DNA of 58,534 nt, the filler included, from Dugesia japonica (lineage: Eukaryota), in the NCBI GenBank assembly GCA_001938525.1. It is 5 parts of 5 records of this genome, joined end to end, with 100 filler letters (N's around TTAATTAATTAA, not from the genome) between each part and the next. Parts side by side here need not be neighbours in the genome. Positions count along the whole stretch, not along the records: positions 44,788 to 58,534 come from MQRL01585045.1; 4 more parts are not named here. The stretch is one strand, 5' to 3'. Below the pieces are notes generated by a model. That model had not been told where the DNA came from. It saw nothing but the letters and a program-made list of their open reading frames with translations, and searched no databases. Within the stretch, counting starts at the first letter, position 1; every line of letters begins with the position of its first letter. Positions 52,255-58,534 of the stretch are shown here, one piece after another. The position numbers and the translations under genes were made by a program.

Positions 52255-53215
52255 TTTACAAACACACCCACTCATTATTTAATGTGTTTCACACAATTTT
52301 ACATAATTTAATTTATTAATTATTATTTTATACATGTATTTTGACAACAAAACAAATAATTCTAACAAATTAAATTACTTGTAAATATCAAATAATATAT
52401 GTTCTAGTAGAATCATAGTTTGTGAGTTATCAGATTCTAATAATTATAATAATCCTAAAATTGTAAATAGGACAAATTCAAACAAGCAAATTATAATACT
52501 CCTAAAGGCATAATATGGTATATACATTCAGCGAGACTCATTATTTACAATATACAATAAAACAAATATAAATTTGCATAATTCCAACAAATGCGTATGA
52601 TAGAATTTCAGGTGAAATTGTGAGAAATCATGTAGTTTCTGAATTTGCAAATGAAAGTTTACTTTAAAAATAGACATTTAAATAAATAATTAAAATGATA
52701 TCTATTACTCATTTATTTTATTTAAAATTATATTAGAAATTATTAATTATTTGATAAAATACTAGAAAATTTGATTAAAATTAATTTCAATCTATTTAAT
52801 TTATTTTTCAAATTTACAAAAATAATTTTGTATCACGAAAAAAAAAACAATTTGTTGAATAATTGAAAATTTTAAAACTCAAATAAAATTTGCACTTTAT
52901 AAATAAAAACGAAAACATTAGTTAATATTTAAAAATTGAAAATGAAAACAAACAAATACAAATGCTATAATAATAGAATTTATTTATTACAATACTTGTT
53001 GAATGATTATTTGTCATCTTTTGGAAAAATTTTAGACTATGAATAATAAAATGCCCGAATTTGATTTGACGAGTTTTCTAATATTTAGGTGAAATTTAGA
53101 TTGTTTATTTGACTTAAAACAATCCATTTTTCATTTTTCAAAATAATAATTAATGAATTAAATTATGTAAATATTGCGGGAAATAGATATAATAATGAGT
53201 GGGTGTGTTTGTAAA
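52255..53215. mobile_element. Putative non-autonomous TIR element
   Basis: Perfect 25-bp inverted repeat TTTACAAACACACCCACTCATTATT at 52255-52279 and 53191-53215; no TSD identified. Confidence 0.5.
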
Positions 53216-53227
53216 GATCGTTTGAAC

Positions 53228-53608
53228 CAGTGCTACTCAACCTTTTCTCGCATAAGGCACCAAAAAATTGAACTATATAATAATAATTTTATTTGTGAAG
53301 TAAAAATACATAAAACCAGACTATATTTTCTTTTACGAAATCTCTTTAATTATTATAGAATAATGACTGATTAATGCGATATCTGCGCTTGTTTCAATGA
53401 ACACAAAAATTCCAATTCTTCAATATATTTTATTAAAATTATTCTTTTATTACATTTATTCTCTTTATTGCCCATATTCACGTAATTTTGTTTCTAAGAA
53501 AGGACCTTTGAAAAACCACAAAGTTTGATCTATTTCATTTGACCTCCAAACACCTGTATCGACTCAAGTCACACCTGTGTGCCATGGTACACCAATAGTG
53601 GAGCATTG
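53228..53608. mobile_element. hAT-type MITE
   Basis: CAGTGCTACTCAA / GTGGAGCATTG termini; 8-bp flanks GTTTGAAC / GTTTAAAT. Confidence 0.55.
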
Positions 53609-54934
53609 GTTTAAATAATGGCTTTAAAAATATTTTAATTATCACTAATAAAATACAGGCATTCCTTGTATAACACAGTACTCTTACAACGCGATTTAAA
53701 AATTTTGAAAATTCTAAGTTAATTTTATTTTTTTTAATCAAGTTTATTTTGTAATTTTGATTTGAAATATACATGTGAAATTTAGTATTTTATTAAAGAA
53801 AAAAATAATTGTAATATAACACTTTTACATTATAGGAAAGCTGAGTCTTACGTAACACGAAATTTTTCTGGAACGTAACCTCCTCATGTTACGAAAAATA
53901 CCAGAGTACGTATTAAAAACATTGATTAAAAATATTTATTAAACATGAAAATTTCAAACAATTCCTTAAAGTTTTAAAAAGTTTAACTCAAAACAATTAT
54001 TTAAGAATTTACGAATCGATTCTTATATTTAATGAAATTCGGATTCAAATGATAAAAATTAAATTAATCTTACAAATGAAAATACACCCTAAACGTTTTT
54101 TTTCAAATCGTTTAATTGATGATAATATTATAAACGTTAATTGTTTTATTGCTAGGTAGAACCTAATAATAAATCATAACATTTCAGTCCAATCAAATTG
54201 GAAGTATAACTTTATGGGATGTAAAATAAATGGGTTATCAGTTATAACATATGGCACAAATAAACTTACAATATAAAGAAAGAAATCAATTGTTTGTTAA
54301 TAATAATAACCTCAAAATAATAAGTTTTAAATTTTAATCTAGAAACAAAACGAACTTCTTGATCAACTAAATATTTAATATTATTTTGCAAGTGGTCTTA
54401 AATATTCAAATCTTTCTATTGAAATTTAATAGAAAAAACTACTTTATCGTAGGAAATATTTGTAATTTTAATTTTATATTATTATGCCATCGACGACTTG
54501 TCCGATCAGAAAATTACATATTTTATGATATAAACTATGTAATCAATTAGGTTATTATTTTAATATTTCCATTAGTTAACCATTGAGCTGTATTTATCAA
54601 ATAAAATTGTTTTCATAATTCATAGATCAAAACTTTCTATTATCTTTTGTTAGGCTGTACAATATTTCAATGTAGTCAGTCTTAATCACCAACAATTGAA
54701 CAAATTTAAATTAATACCATCCAAAGCTAAATATTTTCAGACTGGTATATTTAAGTCCATNGAATATTTTTAATAAATTAGAATTTTCTATTTAGATTAA
54801 TGATGAAATTTATATACTCAGTATTTTAGTATAAAAAAAATGTTACTCGGTTTTAAAATTTTACGTGAAGAAATGCAGTTAACATGTCGAAACCTGTTTG
54901 TAATTTATAAATACTGATTTACAAGTTTTGTTTT

Positions 54935-55030
54935 ATATAATTACAATTATTGTGAAAATAATTGTTGGATTTAACAATTGATCGCATTTCAGATTTCATT
55001 AAAATACAGAAAAAGATTTGATCAAAAATT
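54935..55030 (-). mobile_element. Truncated minus-strand copy of the tail family
   Basis: Reverse complement of TTTAATGAAATCTGAAATGCGATCAATTGTTAAATCCAACAATTATTTTCACAATAATTGTAATT. Confidence 0.7.
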
Positions 55031-57316
55031 CTGATACTGGTTGTGAGGAAATTGTATAATTAAAAATATTTTATATTGTTTTAATTGTTATATTTATGCA
55101 AGTTGTATTTTATTCAAAGTTTTACGTTTTTCAATAAGTTCTGATCTATAAGTAATTTTTATTCTTTTGAAATTTGTATAGTGATTTGCAATTTTTATGA
55201 ACAATTTGTATTTGATAAATTGTAATTTGTAAAGTTAAAAGTTATTATTGTTATCTAATAAAGTTTTTGAAAATAATTCATTATCATATTTAATATGAAT
55301 ATAGATAATTCTGAGGTATGTATGCCTAACACCTATAAACTGATCTTCTTATTTATTTTTTATATATATGCCATAGTTCTTCGAGGTTTTGAATTTTAAT
55401 TAATATTTTAACTCTAATAGAATCTTTGAAAACTTACTATGAGAAGGAAATACGATAAAGTGGCTCGGTAAAAGAAATTAAATAGAAATAATCATTTCAG
55501 TTTGAAAACCGTTTTTTTTAAAGATTCAATATTATAAATAATTAAATTAATGAAGCAACGGTATGATAAAGATTTCTGAATATTCATTTATTTGAAATTA
55601 AATTCTCCCAAGTAATTAAATTTAAGAAATTGCATTGATAATTATTTTCAATGATGTCGAAACAAAAGAATAATCTAAACCGATTAGTGTCGATTTCTCT
55701 GAGAATTCTGATAAAAAATATCGGCTTCATTAAGTTTTGTTTTACATATTTTTTATTCTTTAAATATTTCTGGCGATTAAATTTGTTTTAATATTGAAAT
55801 ATAAATATAATAAATAATGAATCATTTTTTAAAATTTTTTTTTCCTGAAAAAGGTATAGCGGAAATACTTAAAAAAAAAGAACAACAACAATTTTGATCT
55901 TTTGCTTTTAAAACAATTTATTTTAAATAAAATTGTTTATTCACTTATTATTAAATAAGTATTAAAATGTTATGTATTATATAATAGGTTTTAAATTACG
56001 TATGAAATTATCATAATGAAGACCAAGAACAAACTTGACAATTGCTATTAGAAATAATTTCAAGTTTGTTAGATAATTTAGGTTTTAATATTTTGAATAT
56101 ACTACTCAATTTTTGTATTAATGGTCCTATTAGTANNNNNNNNNNNNNNNNNNNNNNNNNNNTTTTTTTATCTAATATCTTCATATCATTAAAGAGCATG
56201 TAGGATATCACAATTTCGAACACTTTTTCTTTTCTTTTTGTATTTTAACAACAATAATGATCCCTTAATAAAATCTAAAAATAATCTCAATTTAAAAGTC
56301 AAATGTCAATTGTTAATTGCGATTCTACTTACAAATGTTTAGTAATTTACAAAATAAATCATTTTAATAAAAAGAACTAAATCGATACGATTTTTAGAAA
56401 ACCATTTTTATATCCTATTTTTTCCTACTTAATTAATTTCTATTCNNNNNNNNNNNNNNNNNNNNNNNNNNNNNNNNNNNNNNNNNNNNNNNNNNNNNNN
56501 NNNNNNNNNNNNNNNNNNNNNNNNNNNNNNNNNNNNNNNNNNNNNNNNNNNNNNNNNNNNNNNNNNNNNNNNNNNNNNNNNNNNNNNNNNNNNNNNNNNN
56601 NNNNNNNNNNNNNNNNNNNNNNNNNNNNNNNNNNNNNNNNNNNNNNNNNNNNNNNNNNNNNNNNNNNNNNNNNTAGTTAAACTGAGCTTGAGAATTGAAA
56701 TGTGGTAAACTGTTTGAACTCTAATTAAGATAAATAGATATTTATATAATTTAATCAATCTTTATTTCTATTTACTTTTATTATTATTTGATTTAAATTG
56801 GTTTAATTATCATGATTAAGAAATTCATTTTAAAACTTTTAAAAACTTGTTTCATTATATCTTAATTGTTTGTAAATTTTATGTCAAATTTGACGTTCTG
56901 AATTATTTTTATTAATTAAATTCACAGACAGTTATCTAAAAAAATTAATAAATACTCTGTATTATATAATCTGAATATTATAAATATTAATGTGTCACTT
57001 ATATGAATTTATGTGATAATTTAAATTTTTATTTAGAATTAAATGATAAATTCACAATAAGATAAAAATAATATATGAAAAAAAATTAGATCAAAATTAC
57101 CGTAAATATTTCAAGAATCTACAATTATTACAATGCATACTGTTGACTCTTTGAAGTTCTTAATACCTAAGTTTAACAACTATAAGGTAAAAATTTTAGA
57201 TAATTAAATTTTAAATCTAGGTTTCGTTGAGGTGTTGAAATAAACTGAAGAGTCTTGAATTTTAATTAACGTATACATTTTTAGTAATGTGGAAGAAATC
57301 TTTTTGATGAATCAAA

Positions 57317-57460
57317 AGTTCATTTAAAATAAATATAGAATTATTATCAAAAAACCAAAAAAAAAACAAATTTTGATTGAAGTCTTTACTTTTAATGAAT
57401 TCTGAAAAACTATAAATAGTTGCGTCCAATAATTACTCTCGCAAGAATTGCAATTTTAAA
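57317..57460 (+). mobile_element. Short palindromic copy of the tail family
   Basis: Short inverted stub TTCATTTAAAATAAA, right arm, tail GTCCAATAATTACTCTCGCAAGAATTGCAATT; AATCAAAA on both flanks. Confidence 0.7.
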
Positions 57461-57522
57461 TCAATCAAAATGTAGTTTTGTTTTATAATATAAACTTTGA
57501 AACGCCATTTAAATATATATTT

Positions 57523-57567
57523 TTGTATTACATGTTTCGACAGAATATCTGTCATCTTTGGATACAA
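57523..57567 (-). ncRNA. Degenerate Penelope-type hammerhead (different family)
   Basis: TTGTAT-CCAAAGA-T-GACAGA-TAT-TCTGTC-GAAA-CATG-TA-ATACAA: perfect 6-bp stems I and II and ACATGT palindrome, but core CUGA mutated to CCAA. Confidence 0.65.
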
Positions 57568-58289
57568 TAATTTAATTCTTTTCTGAAATTTTTTTTTCCT
57601 TTTTTTAAAAAAATTCTTATTTATATAAAAAAATTATTTAATAATGTTTATTTATTAGATAATTTTTTTATAAAAGCTGTAATTAAGTTTTAGTCATTAT
57701 TTGTACAACATATTATGCTAATATCTGATTTACTAAATTTTCCTTAACAGTATATTTGTGCAAAATTAAATTATTTTACATTAATATATTTCAATATTAT
57801 CAATTAGCACATTTTAATTTTTGTAAATATTTATTTATAGTATTTATTAATTAAAATTTTATTATTTTTTACGATGAATGTCTTAAAAGACGAAAACAAT
57901 AATACTTCTGATTTTTAAAACGTATGTGTGACTTATTTCCACTTCCGACAACAATTATTTCAGATTTTTAATAAACGTTAAGTTAACAAATTACTTTGTA
58001 AAGAAATTTGTTTGAGACAAAAGTCACTTTTCGTAAACTTGGTACATCTGAATAATCTCTGTTATGAGGAATTTAATTTAACTAAAAGTAAAACTCAAAT
58101 ATATGTTAATATTACGTAGGTAAAAAGAAATGTCGGTTTTTACATAGCTAAAGTTTACTGTTTAAATGTTTGAATTTGTTTAAACGTTCAAATTTTTTAA
58201 TATTTAATATCATATTAGATATTATTTTAAATCATTATTTCCTCTCAATATTTTAATAACCATTTTTATGTATCTATATTATTCAAAAC

Positions 58290-58534
58290 ATATTATTTTT
58301 GTTAACTCGAGATAAAAGAAGTAAGAAAATATCAGAGATAACTCACAGTGTAAATGAAGCCTTTGCCTCGAAAGCTACTAACGAACGTACTGTGAAAAAT
58401 TGGTTTTCAGCGTTTAAAAGTGAGGACAAGAGCCTTGAAAATGAAGAGCGCGGTAGCCGACAATAACGAGTTTAAATTATTAGATTACGGAAAACATCGC
58501 GCAACAATCAGTGAGATTCCTTATGAATTAGGCA
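58290..58534 (+). pseudogene. Hsmar1-like mariner transposase N-terminal fragment (runs off the window)
   Basis: KISEITHSVNEAFASKATNERTVKNWFSAFKSEDKSLENEERGSR. Confidence 0.85.

Noticed and set aside
54860-54905. Further hammerhead-like strings (54860-54905, 57870-57900, 7585-7615, 5358-5380)
   Set aside because: Core or stems too degenerate to call individually
7991-56758. ORF-track entries containing long X runs
   Set aside because: They are open only because they cross N gaps

Overview
Very AT-rich, gap-ridden eukaryotic (animal) DNA. The ~50-bp GT-AG introns, mariner/Tc3/hAT/piggyBac/Polinton/Gypsy load and base composition would fit a planarian-type genome, but that is inference only. 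The window is five unrelated scaffolds joined by artificial 100-bp N44-TTAATTAATTAA-N44 linkers (segments 1-9465, 9566-18425, 18526-29673, 29774-44687, 44788-58534). Most of it is decayed transposon DNA: a Polinton/adintovirus-like fragment (core-like protein, chromo-integrase, penton), several Tc1/mariner relics, a piggyBac relic, three nested hAT elements and nested short-LTR Gypsy elements. Manual splicing reveals host genes that the ORF track misses: a KMT2E/SETD5(MLL5)-type SET-domain gene (13328-14203, -), an HSP70 C-terminal fragment, and a four-exon, highly divergent Rel-homology-domain (NF-kB/NFAT-type RHD+IPT) coding segment (20045-~20680, -). A dispersed family of palindromic insertions with a fixed ~60-bp tail, 12-13-bp target-site duplications and minimal type I hammerhead ribozyme motifs (Penelope-pLTR/retrozyme-like) occurs about ten times. 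All protein assignments are from manual translation and remembered family motifs; no database search was run.
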